Of a DNA stretch of 64,000 bases, positions 39,445-48,220 are shown piece by piece. The stretch lies in the IMG/VR virus record IMGVR_UViG_3300010391_001807. One strand, written 5' to 3'. Source of the stretch: an uncultured virus (IMG/VR IMGVR_UViG_3300010391_001807) (lineage: Duplodnaviria > Heunggongvirae > Uroviricota > Caudoviricetes). The stretch's first letter is position 1; each line of letters starts with the position of its first letter. The translations under genes and the position numbers were made by a program. A model generated the notes under the pieces. It was not told the origin of the DNA. It saw nothing but the letters and a program-made list of their open reading frames with translations, and ran no database searches.

Positions 39445-39472
39445 ATTCGTGATGGAGAGAGGTGATTCCTGC
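39445..39472 (-). promoter_or_regulatory. Conserved phage promoter motif GCAGG-N19-GAAT
   Basis: GCAGG aatcacctctctccatcac GAAT. Confidence 0.7.
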
Positions 39473-39610
39473 CTGAATGGTATTTATATTACATCAGTCC
39501 ACCAATGTAATTACTAAAAGTGGAGATGATGTTCTAAAAATTAATGATTTATTTATGAAATATCCAATAGGATTAATGAGAAAAAGATGTCATGGATACA
39601 AAATAAAAGA

Positions 39611-40705
39611 CTAATATCCCTTAAAGGACATTCTAAAGAAACGACTGCGTTGCCCAGGAAGTTGGTAGGACGGTGTAACATTTATCCCGATAAGAGGGAA
39701 TGACTCAATAGGTATGACCTTAGCGGCATCGGCGAACTGTGTTTTATAACTTTCCATCAAATTGCTAAGATCAGGAACTTTGCCATCAGGGTCTAAGAAA
39801 ACCAATCTTCTTTCACGTTGTAGAAGCATTAAAGACAATCTTCGGAGCAACCAAAAAGAAGCTCCGGCGACTAAGGCATAATCCCATCTGCGAGGCATAT
39901 TACCAATTGTACCATAACTTTCGGCTCGGCCACCCTTACCAATGCCAGGGCGTGAAATTAAATCACCCGCAGCTAAGAACAATGCATCATTTAATTCTTT
40001 GGGGCTAAATACCTGGAACTGATAATCAACCAAAATGTTATCATACCAATCAATACTAACCGGCTGCCCTGAAGAATCTACAAAATAAATATTCCCATTA
40101 TAATCTGGATACCATTCTAAACTGGAATAGGTCTTACTAGCCGCATAGGTAGGAGGGTTGCCTACGGATGTGACCTGAGTTACTAAATTAGTTGTGCCCC
40201 TTTGTGGTAAAACCATGTAGGCATCTTTAGAGCCTGCCGCAAAAGTGGTGTAGTTACTCCCTGACATCGGGGCTCTGGAAATGTAAAGCCTTGGTCTTTG
40301 GAAATAATCCCAGGCACCCCAAGATGCTACATAACCTTTATTTCTCTCATCATTAGTGAAGTATAATTCTTCCATGTAAACCGGGAGCCTCATGAAAGGA
40401 TCCATCTCATAGGCGAGGCTGGCTCTTAAAAGTAAGTCCTCTCCCCACATTGGTTGGCTGGTAGCTAAAACGGTGTCATTAACATCTTCTTCTTGGATCT
40501 TGTAAAAATTGCTGATACCATAACCTAGAACCTGATCTATGTATTCATTATCAGGCCAATTAACTGTGTCAATTGAGGTATAACTGGCATCAAGGTGTGT
40601 CCCCCTCATAATGCGATAGTGGTCAACACCAGTTAAAACTTGGCGTTCCCATGTTAAATAAATGCCCTGGCCTTCATAGGCGGCAAGTAGCGGCTGCTGT
40701 GCCAT
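39611..40705 (-). CDS. Putative head completion/neck protein with N-terminal FN3-like domain
   Basis: IYLTW...HYRIMRG; C-terminal FSPKELNDAL...WDYALVAGA adaptor-like helices; RBS GGAGG. Confidence 0.5.
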   Translation of the reverse strand: MAQQPLLAAYEGQGIYLTWERQVLTGVDHYRIMRGTHLDASYTSIDTVNWPDNEYIDQVLGYGISNFYKIQEEDVNDTVLATSQPMWGEDLLLRASLAYEMDPFMRLPVYMEELYFTNDERNKGYVASWGAWDYFQRPRLYISRAPMSGSNYTTFAAGSKDAYMVLPQRGTTNLVTQVTSVGNPPTYAASKTYSSLEWYPDYNGNIYFVDSSGQPVSIDWYDNILVDYQFQVFSPKELNDALFLAAGDLISRPGIGKGGRAESYGTIGNMPRRWDYALVAGASFWLLRRLSLMLLQRERRLVFLDPDGKVPDLSNLMESYKTQFADAAKVIPIESFPLIGINVTPSYQLPGQRSRFFRMSFKGY

Positions 40706-40737
40706 TATGGATCCCTCCAATTAAAATGCACTTTAAT

Positions 40738-40765
40738 TTTAGGCATTTGCCTCAGAATCACCTTC
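40738..40765 (-). promoter_or_regulatory. Conserved phage promoter motif GAAGG-N19-TAAA
   Basis: GAAGG tgattctgaggcaaatgcc TAAA. Confidence 0.55.
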
Positions 40766-40776
40766 ATAAAGCAGGA

Positions 40777-41946
40777 CTATATAAATCTTGCCTCAATTTG
40801 TCTATTATAGGCATCAGATTGACCTGTCTTATAGGCTTGTTCTCTCTCTAGATCTATAGATTTTTGGTCTAAGGTAGGATTGACTTTGCACGAAGGTAAT
40901 TGTATCATTAAGATACGATTGTCATAAAAACTTTGTTCATATAATTCAAAAAATTTCCCATCTCGGCTTATTGGCGTAGATGTACAAATAATTTTACCAT
41001 TTTTATCAAATTTATAATTATATTTTTTAAATTTATTATATAATTCATTATTAATTGATGAAGCCATTTCATCAATAATAACAATACATAATCCATGCAT
41101 AGTAGAATCACTTAAATTTTCGTTAGGGTATGTTGATAAAAGACAAATAGAACCTTCTTTTTGGGGTAATATTTCAAAATCTAGTTTTTGGTTTATAGAT
41201 AGATCTTGTGCGGTCCAAAATTTTACACTCCTATTCCGAGAATTACTATGGTCAATACTATTAGGACTCATTTTATTTTTAAAATAAGGACTATTTAAAA
41301 TTATAGTTTTAATTCTATCAAAGGAATATTTTGCCTGCTGTTCTGAAAAAGAAACATATAAAATAGTAATATCATCATCTTGTTTTAGATCACCTAAAAA
41401 GCCTTGTGGACTTCCCATTTCTATTAATCTATAAGTTTCATATAGAGATATAATTATTTCTATAGTAGATTTAGATGATCTTCTACCCATAACTAACAAT
41501 AATTCATTGAATTCAGCCCCAATTTTATTAATGACTTGATCTTTAACAGAATTATCAATAATTGAATCAGAATCTGAAGATAAATCATTATTAATCATTT
41601 CCCACTCATTTTGAGTTAATTCTAGATGCCTATTACCATCTAAACCCATATAGAATATTTTTAAAATTAATTTTTGCCAGGGCCAGAGTTTTATATTTAA
41701 ATAATAAGGGGATTCACAAAATTCAAATATATCTACATAACTAAATGGATTTTTATCATTTATTTTTTTATTATAAATATTAATTGAACTTATTGTTTCT
41801 TTCTGAATTTTTTCTTCAATTAATTCTCTGATTATGTCAGTTATATTAGCAGAAATTAAATCTGACTTTTGTTTATCTGCAGCAATTTTTAATAAATCCT
41901 TATAAATACCATCATCAATCCTAAAACTCACCGTCTTATCTAACAT
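40777..41946 (-). CDS. RHH-domain fusion to terminase large-subunit ATPase domain (no nuclease domain)
   Basis: N-term KTVSFRIDDGIYKDL...ITDIIRELI (RHH); LWPWQKLIL, LVMGRRSSKST (Walker A-like), IIIDEMA (Walker B), CTSTP, LPSCKVNP; ends at QIEARFI. Confidence 0.8.
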   Translation of the reverse strand: MLDKTVSFRIDDGIYKDLLKIAADKQKSDLISANITDIIRELIEEKIQKETISSINIYNKKINDKNPFSYVDIFEFCESPYYLNIKLWPWQKLILKIFYMGLDGNRHLELTQNEWEMINNDLSSDSDSIIDNSVKDQVINKIGAEFNELLLVMGRRSSKSTIEIIISLYETYRLIEMGSPQGFLGDLKQDDDITILYVSFSEQQAKYSFDRIKTIILNSPYFKNKMSPNSIDHSNSRNRSVKFWTAQDLSINQKLDFEILPQKEGSICLLSTYPNENLSDSTMHGLCIVIIDEMASSINNELYNKFKKYNYKFDKNGKIICTSTPISRDGKFFELYEQSFYDNRILMIQLPSCKVNPTLDQKSIDLEREQAYKTGQSDAYNRQIEARFI

Positions 41947-41958
41947 ATAAATCACCTC

Positions 41959-41979
41959 TTTGTATTACTGTAATACAAA
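41959..41979. promoter_or_regulatory. Perfect palindromic operator, copy 1
   Basis: TTTGTATTAC-T-GTAATACAAA. Confidence 0.75.
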
Positions 41980-41980
41980 G

Positions 41981-42008
41981 ATTATTAATATAAACAGAAA
42001 ACACCTGC
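41981..42008 (-). promoter_or_regulatory. Conserved phage promoter motif GCAGG-N19-TAAT
   Basis: GCAGG tgttttctgtttatattaa TAAT, lying between the two palindromes. Confidence 0.7.
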
Positions 42009-42042
42009 AAAACCACTGATTTTTATTTATATTTTTAAAAAC

Positions 42043-42061
42043 TTGTATTACTGTAATACAA
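42043..42061. promoter_or_regulatory. Perfect palindromic operator, copy 2
   Basis: TTGTATTAC-T-GTAATACAA. Confidence 0.75.
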
Positions 42062-42062
42062 A

Positions 42063-42099
42063 ATGAAAATACACCAGAAATTTTCTGGTGTATTTTCAT
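42063..42099 (-). terminator. Long hairpin, probable intrinsic terminator
   Basis: ATGAAAATACACCAGAA-att-TTCTGGTGTATTTTCAT. Confidence 0.7.
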
Positions 42100-42129
42100 C
42101 GGTTCAGTAGGAGCCCCCTCCTATGAAAT

Positions 42130-43419
42130 CTATTCTTTTGCCTTGGTAGCAGCAATTTGTTTTTGAATTTGTTCCTTCATCTCATGAATGTTTTTCCAGG
42201 CTATTTTTTCTTGTAATCCATCCTGTTGTTCATATAAATCTGCCAATATTTTTCTTGAACCCACACCCTCTATATACATCCGATTTTCCATATTATCCAT
42301 AAGAATTTCTTTTAATGCATCATTCATATTATCATCCCAAATAGTATATTTAACATTGTATTCTTCATCCACCACCGGGCAAGTGAAACCAATTTTTATG
42401 ACATCATTATTCTCTTGTTGAACCATTAGTGTTTTTTTTACATCCAATTCTTCTACAGCCAATGGTTCTTTGGTAGGATAAATGGCAGTGGCAAAAATTT
42501 CTGTGCTGCAATTAGTCGCAATAGGTTCCTCTTCTTGGCCAGAAACTTGAACAAAGTCATACCCATTATCAGCTAATTCTTTGATTAATACATCTTCTTC
42601 GAAACCACTTTTATATTCATCTAGAGCTAACTCTATGACTTCTACTCCATTATCATCATACACCCGAGTATCGTCATTGCCAGTTTCATAATTAACAGTA
42701 GTTACTATGTTAATCGGTCCCTCACTATAACTCTCTGTTTCTTGACAATCACACCCTAAGTTCTCTTCTGTCTGACAGTCTGCACATAAATACTGAGGCT
42801 TATAACAATTAGGACACTCAAAGTAGTTGACATCATTACTATCACACTTATTACATTTTGCCACTATCATCTTCGGCCCTGCGGCCACTTCTTCTAAAGC
42901 ACCATCAATTCTATCAGATAAATCAGAGAACGCACTGATCAAATTATTTTGAATTTTGCCCAGTTCCTGTTGGAAAGTTTTGAGTTTCTTCTCAACAATT
43001 TTTTGAGTTTCATTGTCTAACCTAACAATGTTAGACCTAAAAATACTTTTGAGGGATTTTTTCAACGAAGATTCCATAATCGGAAGATTTAGGTGGTGAG
43101 TAAGAACCTTCAAGAATTCCTGGGAATCCATATCCTCCAAATCATCCCCTCCCATAATATTATCATATATGGCCTTAAATCTCTGTTCATGTGTTAAAGC
43201 CCCAGGATGTTGTAGTTGATAATCAAAATTGGTGTCAGTCTTTCGATGTCTATTCCCAAAATGATCCACAGTAATATAATCTGAATCATCCCTAGTATCT
43301 TTATTCTTAATTTTGAAAGTCCCCCTTGCAGGAAATCTTTTTGGCCTATCCTCTCTTGCCGCTGCAACATCTCCGAACTCAAACGTCTTATATTCATGTT
43401 CATGGCTATGCTCTGACAT
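42130..43419 (-). CDS. Acidic hypothetical protein with coiled coil and zinc-finger region
   Basis: 429 aa; CNKC...CPNC...CADC...CDC. Confidence 0.65.
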   Translation of the reverse strand: MSEHSHEHEYKTFEFGDVAAAREDRPKRFPARGTFKIKNKDTRDDSDYITVDHFGNRHRKTDTNFDYQLQHPGALTHEQRFKAIYDNIMGGDDLEDMDSQEFLKVLTHHLNLPIMESSLKKSLKSIFRSNIVRLDNETQKIVEKKLKTFQQELGKIQNNLISAFSDLSDRIDGALEEVAAGPKMIVAKCNKCDSNDVNYFECPNCYKPQYLCADCQTEENLGCDCQETESYSEGPINIVTTVNYETGNDDTRVYDDNGVEVIELALDEYKSGFEEDVLIKELADNGYDFVQVSGQEEEPIATNCSTEIFATAIYPTKEPLAVEELDVKKTLMVQQENNDVIKIGFTCPVVDEEYNVKYTIWDDNMNDALKEILMDNMENRMYIEGVGSRKILADLYEQQDGLQEKIAWKNIHEMKEQIQKQIAATKAKE

Positions 43420-43432
43420 TTTAGACCTCCTC

Positions 43433-44425
43433 TTAGCGTCTAACTAATGGTTTGTTTGGCGCATTCTTCAAATATGGGGACTGAGGAGCATATTTCTGAG
43501 CAACCTCACTTTCCATACTTCTCTTTTGCTGTGCATAAGCATTATCATCAGTTTCTAAATCAACCTCTTCAACCAATGATTCGTCATGCCCGGGATGTGG
43601 AAGATTACCAGGATTTCTTGGAGCCCTACTTGCATAAACGCCCTCTGGAGCATCATCTACATATTGATTGGTTCCACCAACAATTTGACCAGTCGCATTA
43701 AAATTAGTTAATTCACGCTTCTGAGTGTAAACGCCGCCTCGCTCTTCATCACCTTGCTGATAACTTCCTGGCATGGCAATTGTAGCTTTAGTAGCAGTCA
43801 TTTGTACTTGGTCCTGATTCCCAAAATCATGCATCTGGGCAACAGAAACTCTGCGGCCACGATTAGACATTTGAGTATGAATACGTCCACTTTCAACTAA
43901 TTCTTTGAACTGTATAGGGTCATTAACAATGCCATCGGCTAAAGCCTTGTGATATTCAGCAACCCAGTTGTCAGAATCCTTTGCAGATCCCTTCTGAGAT
44001 AACAACGCCTCAGATGAATAATCACCATGAGGATTTCCAGCCGTTGCAAGATTAATCTGCTCGGCCTCAAAAGTAGTTCCGGCAGCCTCTGCAGCAACCA
44101 TCTGCCTCTGAATTTCTTGGGCGTCTCGCTCCTGCCTCTGATCATTCAAATAACACTGTTGTTCATATTCCTGAGGACTGAGACGCATGGCATAGCCATG
44201 TCTTAAAGCATTATTTAAAGCCATTGAACGAGACAATGCCTGTGGGTCGTAATAACTCAAATCAGCAATTTCTCCTGGCTGAATTGGGTCAAGATATAAA
44301 CCAGTCTGTCTCAAATTAGGGGGATCACAAATTACCAGCGGCCCTGGTAAAATATTCTGAATGTAAAATCCCTCACTCGTGTCGTACATGTCTACTCTGC
44401 CCTGCTTATTTCCTTGTTGTAACAT
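43433..44425 (-). CDS. Hypothetical protein
   Basis: 330 aa, RBS GGAGG; N-domain like 33919-34554. Confidence 0.65.
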   Translation of the reverse strand: MLQQGNKQGRVDMYDTSEGFYIQNILPGPLVICDPPNLRQTGLYLDPIQPGEIADLSYYDPQALSRSMALNNALRHGYAMRLSPQEYEQQCYLNDQRQERDAQEIQRQMVAAEAAGTTFEAEQINLATAGNPHGDYSSEALLSQKGSAKDSDNWVAEYHKALADGIVNDPIQFKELVESGRIHTQMSNRGRRVSVAQMHDFGNQDQVQMTATKATIAMPGSYQQGDEERGGVYTQKRELTNFNATGQIVGGTNQYVDDAPEGVYASRAPRNPGNLPHPGHDESLVEEVDLETDDNAYAQQKRSMESEVAQKYAPQSPYLKNAPNKPLVRR

Positions 44426-44466
44426 TTTAACAACCTCCTTTGAAATCTTTTAATTCTTTTTTAGGA

Positions 44467-44778
44467 CTATCGTTTATCTTTATTTTTCTTATTTGGATGA
44501 AACGAATTATCTAAAGCTTCCCTTTCGGTTTTAGCATTCGTTTTTCTTACTGCTCGTTCTTCCCTAACTTTATCCATATTCTCAAGCCTAGATTTTGGAG
44601 CATTATTTTTAGCCATCATATAAGAAGGACTTCTTACTATCACCCCAGGAGTGCTAAATACCCTCTGTGTTTTACTCCCTTTACATACTGGACAATCTGC
44701 TATGTGTTCCGATCCCATCGGCTGCCTAATTTCAAAAATATCCTTGCATTTCAAACATTTAAATTCATAAACTGCCAT
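44467..44778 (-). CDS. FmdB-family zinc ribbon protein
   Basis: MAVYEFKCLKCKDIFE...CPVCKGSKTQRVFS. Confidence 0.85.
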   Translation of the reverse strand: MAVYEFKCLKCKDIFEIRQPMGSEHIADCPVCKGSKTQRVFSTPGVIVRSPSYMMAKNNAPKSRLENMDKVREERAVRKTNAKTEREALDNSFHPNKKNKDKR

Positions 44779-44811
44779 TTAAACACCAGCCTTTCAAATT
44801 ACTATTCTATA

Positions 44812-44839
44812 TTTAATAGTATTTGTAGAAAATACCTGC
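44812..44839 (-). promoter_or_regulatory. Conserved phage promoter motif GCAGG-N19-TAAA
   Basis: GCAGG tattttctacaaatactat TAAAT. Confidence 0.65.
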
Positions 44840-44865
44840 ATAATTTTTCACTTTTTGCAAGTTTT

Positions 44866-45369
44866 TTAAAATATTTCTTGGAGGGTACAGGCTGAGGTCA
44901 CATTTAACAAGTATCTGAACTCTAATGATAATGCAGGAGGGGCTAATCTGGCGTCAATGACTGCATTAACGACCGGGAGCATGTCTCGGGAGGTAAAATC
45001 ATAGTGCTGATTGATCAAAGACCATTCATATATGGGGTCATTCTTATCAGTCAAAACCAAATAATTCATTTTTACAACAAGAGGAGGAGGCAAATTCCAG
45101 GTTATCGAAGGCCAATTGATATCTTTAACTTGACTTCCTTCTAAAAATGGAGTATAAATAGTGTTGTCGTTGTCTTGTAAGTCATACAGGGCCTCAGTGT
45201 CATGGCCGTAAAATACCACCAGCACCTTATTATTATCACTGAAATATCTTAAGACGTGTTGGGACATAATGTCATCTTCAATCTTGACATTATTATCTAA
45301 AAAATCTTCTTTAACATATTTGGATTTAAGTGATTCTATGAGAGTTTGCTTCCAAGAGTTTGTGCTCAT
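44866..45369 (-). CDS. Hypothetical protein
   Basis: 167-aa ORF. Confidence 0.55.
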   Translation of the reverse strand: MSTNSWKQTLIESLKSKYVKEDFLDNNVKIEDDIMSQHVLRYFSDNNKVLVVFYGHDTEALYDLQDNDNTIYTPFLEGSQVKDINWPSITWNLPPPLVVKMNYLVLTDKNDPIYEWSLINQHYDFTSRDMLPVVNAVIDARLAPPALSLEFRYLLNVTSACTLQEIF

Positions 45370-45372
45370 AAC

Positions 45373-46152
45373 CTAACCTTTATCTATCACGCCCCGTTGA
45401 ATACCCTGTTCGTTGAAAATGCCCATACCTATCGTCTCTGTAAAAATGGCCTGATTATCTACCCTCCAACATTTAATCCCGTCTCTTAACTGTAAAGGCC
45501 CTATCATGTCTGTGCAGATGCAAAAATTAGATATTACATCATTGCCTAACTGCTGATTAGTAATTAACTTATAAATCTTACCATTTAAGGCGATGTCTGC
45601 TACATAAGGCATTAAATCATGAGCAACTGCCCGAAATGATGAGTGCTTGCTGAAAACTTTAACTAGAGAATAATTGTCACACACGATGTACTGGGGCAGA
45701 AATCCTTTTTGCACCATGGTATTAATACTTTTCTCTACAGCCGGAATTATCTGATCAAATTTGGATTTTGAAAAGATACCCATGGTTTTAGTAGTATAAC
45801 ATAATAACTTGGAAAAATAAACATTCTCCAACTCAGCCAGTTGAATTCCAGCCCATTCAATCGCATCCTCATCATCTAAATCAATGATATCAGAGCTTAT
45901 GTTAAAATTATCTAATGTTACGTTTGGATAATTATGATGTTTTTTAGGGAATATGGAAGGAACACCATATTTATTTAATCTCCATTTTTCATTGGGATTG
46001 TCCAAACGATAATTTTTTACTTCATCATTACTGAGAATTTCGTGTGTCAATACCATACGGGCCGACGAAATTGTATCCAAGTTTTCTGTAATGATATTCA
46101 TGTCTACGGGACCGTTGGTTTGATAACGATGTTTTATGCCATTCACTTTCAT
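45373..46152 (-). CDS. Highly diverged paralog of the major capsid protein
   Basis: Collinear matches to MCP: NLDTISSARMVLTHEIL~SLEYQAIGRKLLMVDEL; NYPNVTLDNF~TNPSIKLNEI; DMIGPLQLRDGI~EFVGAIPVRQDI; TETIGMGIFN~YEELGMAVIN. Confidence 0.7.
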   Translation of the reverse strand: MKVNGIKHRYQTNGPVDMNIITENLDTISSARMVLTHEILSNDEVKNYRLDNPNEKWRLNKYGVPSIFPKKHHNYPNVTLDNFNISSDIIDLDDEDAIEWAGIQLAELENVYFSKLLCYTTKTMGIFSKSKFDQIIPAVEKSINTMVQKGFLPQYIVCDNYSLVKVFSKHSSFRAVAHDLMPYVADIALNGKIYKLITNQQLGNDVISNFCICTDMIGPLQLRDGIKCWRVDNQAIFTETIGMGIFNEQGIQRGVIDKG

Positions 46153-46289
46153 AATATTGTCCTCTCTTATTATTTTAGGTAGGAGAGAGGCTAAAACCTA
46201 CTTTTAATCTTATTTAAAATCTGTATCCTATCCCCGGTTTCATCAATCTCCAAATTTTTCCTGTATTTAATGCTGTCTATTTTTATTTT

Positions 46290-46577
46290 CTAACACTCCT
46301 TATCATCTATAGTCAGTAAAATTATATCATTATTTACTGATTCTGAAATATTAATATCTGTGAACCAAATATGGCCTTCTTTAGCCGTTATTTGTTTCCC
46401 TTCCCCATAATCATCAAAATTAGAAGACGCTAATTTATCATATGTTTTTTTATTCATTAATATTTCAGAGCAAACAGAACCATCTTGTTCAATTAACTTC
46501 ATCTCATTTTTAATCATATTCCAAATGGACACACCATAATTTTTATCTTTTGTCTTAATAATATAACTTTTCCTCAT
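46290..46577 (-). CDS. Small protein resembling an internal fragment of the major capsid protein
   Basis: KLIEQDGSVCSEILMNKKTYDKL...GHIWFTDINISESVNNDIILL vs MCP ALIEEHELVGAKVVCHPYRYKDI...GHIWTADIHVSTMVPRSTIYVL. Confidence 0.7.
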   Translation of the reverse strand: MRKSYIIKTKDKNYGVSIWNMIKNEMKLIEQDGSVCSEILMNKKTYDKLASSNFDDYGEGKQITAKEGHIWFTDINISESVNNDIILLTIDDKEC

Positions 46578-46597
46578 TTTAAAACAAATCCTTTCAA

Positions 46598-46735
46598 TTA
46601 ATAATATAACTCCGATCCCCTGTCTCGCTTAAAATCATAACGACAATATAACTTTTTGATGATCATTATAACTTTCTGAACTTCTTCCTCAGACATTCGC
46701 TGTTTTTTGGTTTTGGAGGAGCGGTTAGTTTTCAT
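46598..46735 (-). CDS. Small hypothetical protein (45 aa)
   Basis: ATG at 46735 after GGAGG, adjacent to the upstream stop; MKTNRSSKTKKQR... Confidence 0.4.
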   Translation of the reverse strand: MKTNRSSKTKKQRMSEEEVQKVIMIIKKLYCRYDFKRDRGSELYY

Positions 46736-46951
46736 TTAATAATCCCTCCATGAATATACAAGTTTCTGCATTGCATTTATCTCGTCCCAAGCAAAATAAT
46801 CATTGTTTTCATTTGAGTGGCCATCTATTGGTTTGCTTCTAACCCATAAAAAATCATCAGTTTGAGGCCCAATGATTATCTTGTATTTAATCTCTGAGAT
46901 GTTTTCTACTAGTTCTAGTAGAGAATGGTATGCTATGGAGTCTATTTTCAT
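46736..46951 (-). CDS. Small hypothetical protein
   Basis: 71-aa ORF tightly packed in the operon. Confidence 0.55.
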   Translation of the reverse strand: MKIDSIAYHSLLELVENISEIKYKIIIGPQTDDFLWVRSKPIDGHSNENNDYFAWDEINAMQKLVYSWRDY

Positions 46952-46952
46952 T

Positions 46953-47750
46953 TTATACCGCCTGAGATAATAATATGGTTCGCACTTTTTCTGCGTGTTC
47001 TGGGTTGGACATTATTTTAGAAATCTTGATTTGGACGGAAGGAAAGCCGCCTTGGGAATATATTCTATCAATATTTCTGTATTTACACCCTAAAATTTCA
47101 TTTAATTCATTTTCTCTAATAACTACCATATTATTAAATTTTTCTGCAGTTTGAATTGTTTTCCATTCTCCAGTTAGAGTTCTCGGCAAAGTACCTTTAA
47201 CTTCAATCCAATGATTAGGCTTTCCACTTGTATCAATTACAGTAAAATCTGGAATATAATATAGTATTTTGTCAGGGGAATCAGGATGAATGACAGGCAC
47301 TCTATCTATTTCTCTTCCATATTTTATCCCCAACGCATCCATTGACATTGCTATATATATTTCCCATCTTGAATGGAATCTCATCCCATTCCAGTCTATC
47401 ATATTAACGCAACCACAATTGGTCGAGCCACCACTAATTAAATTAGGGCGACTCACCCAATCTTGGTTACCGCAAGCACATATACACCACCAATAAGCAT
47501 GGCAATCATCTTTAATTTCGTATTTATCGGTGACAGTCCATTTATCGTGTATTTCTCCTGTCATATCAATGACTGGCTTGGGTTTTCTTGAACAGAGGCA
47601 TTGGGTTTTTCTCCATTCATCTTCTCGAATACTACCAGATCTTGGGCAACGTTGACATTTATAGTCCCATTTCCAGTGCCCACCAGATTTTTCATCTGAT
47701 TTCCCTGTTATTAATCTATTATTTATTATTTCCCCTGTTAAATCTTTCAT
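46953..47750 (-). CDS. Putative free-standing homing endonuclease (Cys-rich DLTG repeats plus PD-(D/E)XK domain)
   Basis: DMTG...WTV...YWWCICACGN...NLISGGSTNCGC, then FHSRWE, YIPDF and WIEVKG. Confidence 0.75.
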   Translation of the reverse strand: MKDLTGEIINNRLITGKSDEKSGGHWKWDYKCQRCPRSGSIREDEWRKTQCLCSRKPKPVIDMTGEIHDKWTVTDKYEIKDDCHAYWWCICACGNQDWVSRPNLISGGSTNCGCVNMIDWNGMRFHSRWEIYIAMSMDALGIKYGREIDRVPVIHPDSPDKILYYIPDFTVIDTSGKPNHWIEVKGTLPRTLTGEWKTIQTAEKFNNMVVIRENELNEILGCKYRNIDRIYSQGGFPSVQIKISKIMSNPEHAEKVRTILLSQAV

Positions 47751-48121
47751 ATTGTATTTTTCGTATTAGAGCAACCACAATTAGTTGAAGCATTATTGAT
47801 TAAATTGGGGCGACTCACCCATCGCTGGTTCCCGCATTCACAATTGCATAACCAATATGCATGAGTATCATCTCTTATTTCATATTTATCAGTGACTGTC
47901 CATTTGCCATATATTTTCCCCGACATATTTTTTACTCTCTGGGGTCTATGTTTGGACATAATACATTGACAACTATTTTTAATGGCATCGGATTCTCTTA
48001 CAGTACCAATTTTTCCACAATCAGTACACTGATAACTCCATAACCAATGACCACCAGATTTTTGATCCGACAGCCCTGTAATCAGCCGATTATTTAATGT
48101 TTGTCCCGTTAGGTCTTTCAT
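47747..48121 (-). CDS. Truncated paralog of the adjacent endonuclease (Cys-rich repeats only)
   Basis: MKDLTGQTLNNRLITG...YWLCNCECGNQRWVSRPNLINNASTNCGC; no nuclease domain. Confidence 0.75.
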   Translation of the reverse strand: MKDLTGQTLNNRLITGLSDQKSGGHWLWSYQCTDCGKIGTVRESDAIKNSCQCIMSKHRPQRVKNMSGKIYGKWTVTDKYEIRDDTHAYWLCNCECGNQRWVSRPNLINNASTNCGCSNTKNTI

Positions 48122-48128
48122 ATGATAT

Positions 48129-48157
48129 ATTATACAACAAAAGCCCCTTGGAGTCAA
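48129..48157 (-). promoter_or_regulatory. Sigma70-type promoter embedded in the capsid-gene terminator
   Basis: TTGACT-17 bp-TATAAT; ATG follows 7 nt after the -10 box. Confidence 0.75.
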
Positions 48158-48167
48158 GGGGCTTTTG
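48138..48167 (-). terminator. Intrinsic terminator after the major capsid gene
   Basis: CAAAAGCCCCTTG-gagt-CAAGGGGCTTTTG perfect hairpin. Confidence 0.85.
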
Positions 48168-48220
48168 ATTTATTCAATTTTTCTACTATTCAGTTTTTGT
48201 GTGAGGATAGTCCAGCAAAA

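Noticed and set aside
40777..41946. Calling this gene the functional terminase large subunit
   Set aside because: It has no nuclease domain, an altered Walker A, an RHH fusion and atypical base composition, so it is reported as a paralog instead
46190..46286. IKIDSIKYR... frame resembling the start of 46736-46951 (MKIDSIAY)
   Set aside because: The similarity is too short and there is no ATG start, so it cannot be supported as a gene or pseudogene
46953..48121. Diversity-generating retroelement TR/VR pair
   Set aside because: Differences between the duplicated segments are not adenine-specific and many are synonymous; no reverse transcriptase is present in the window
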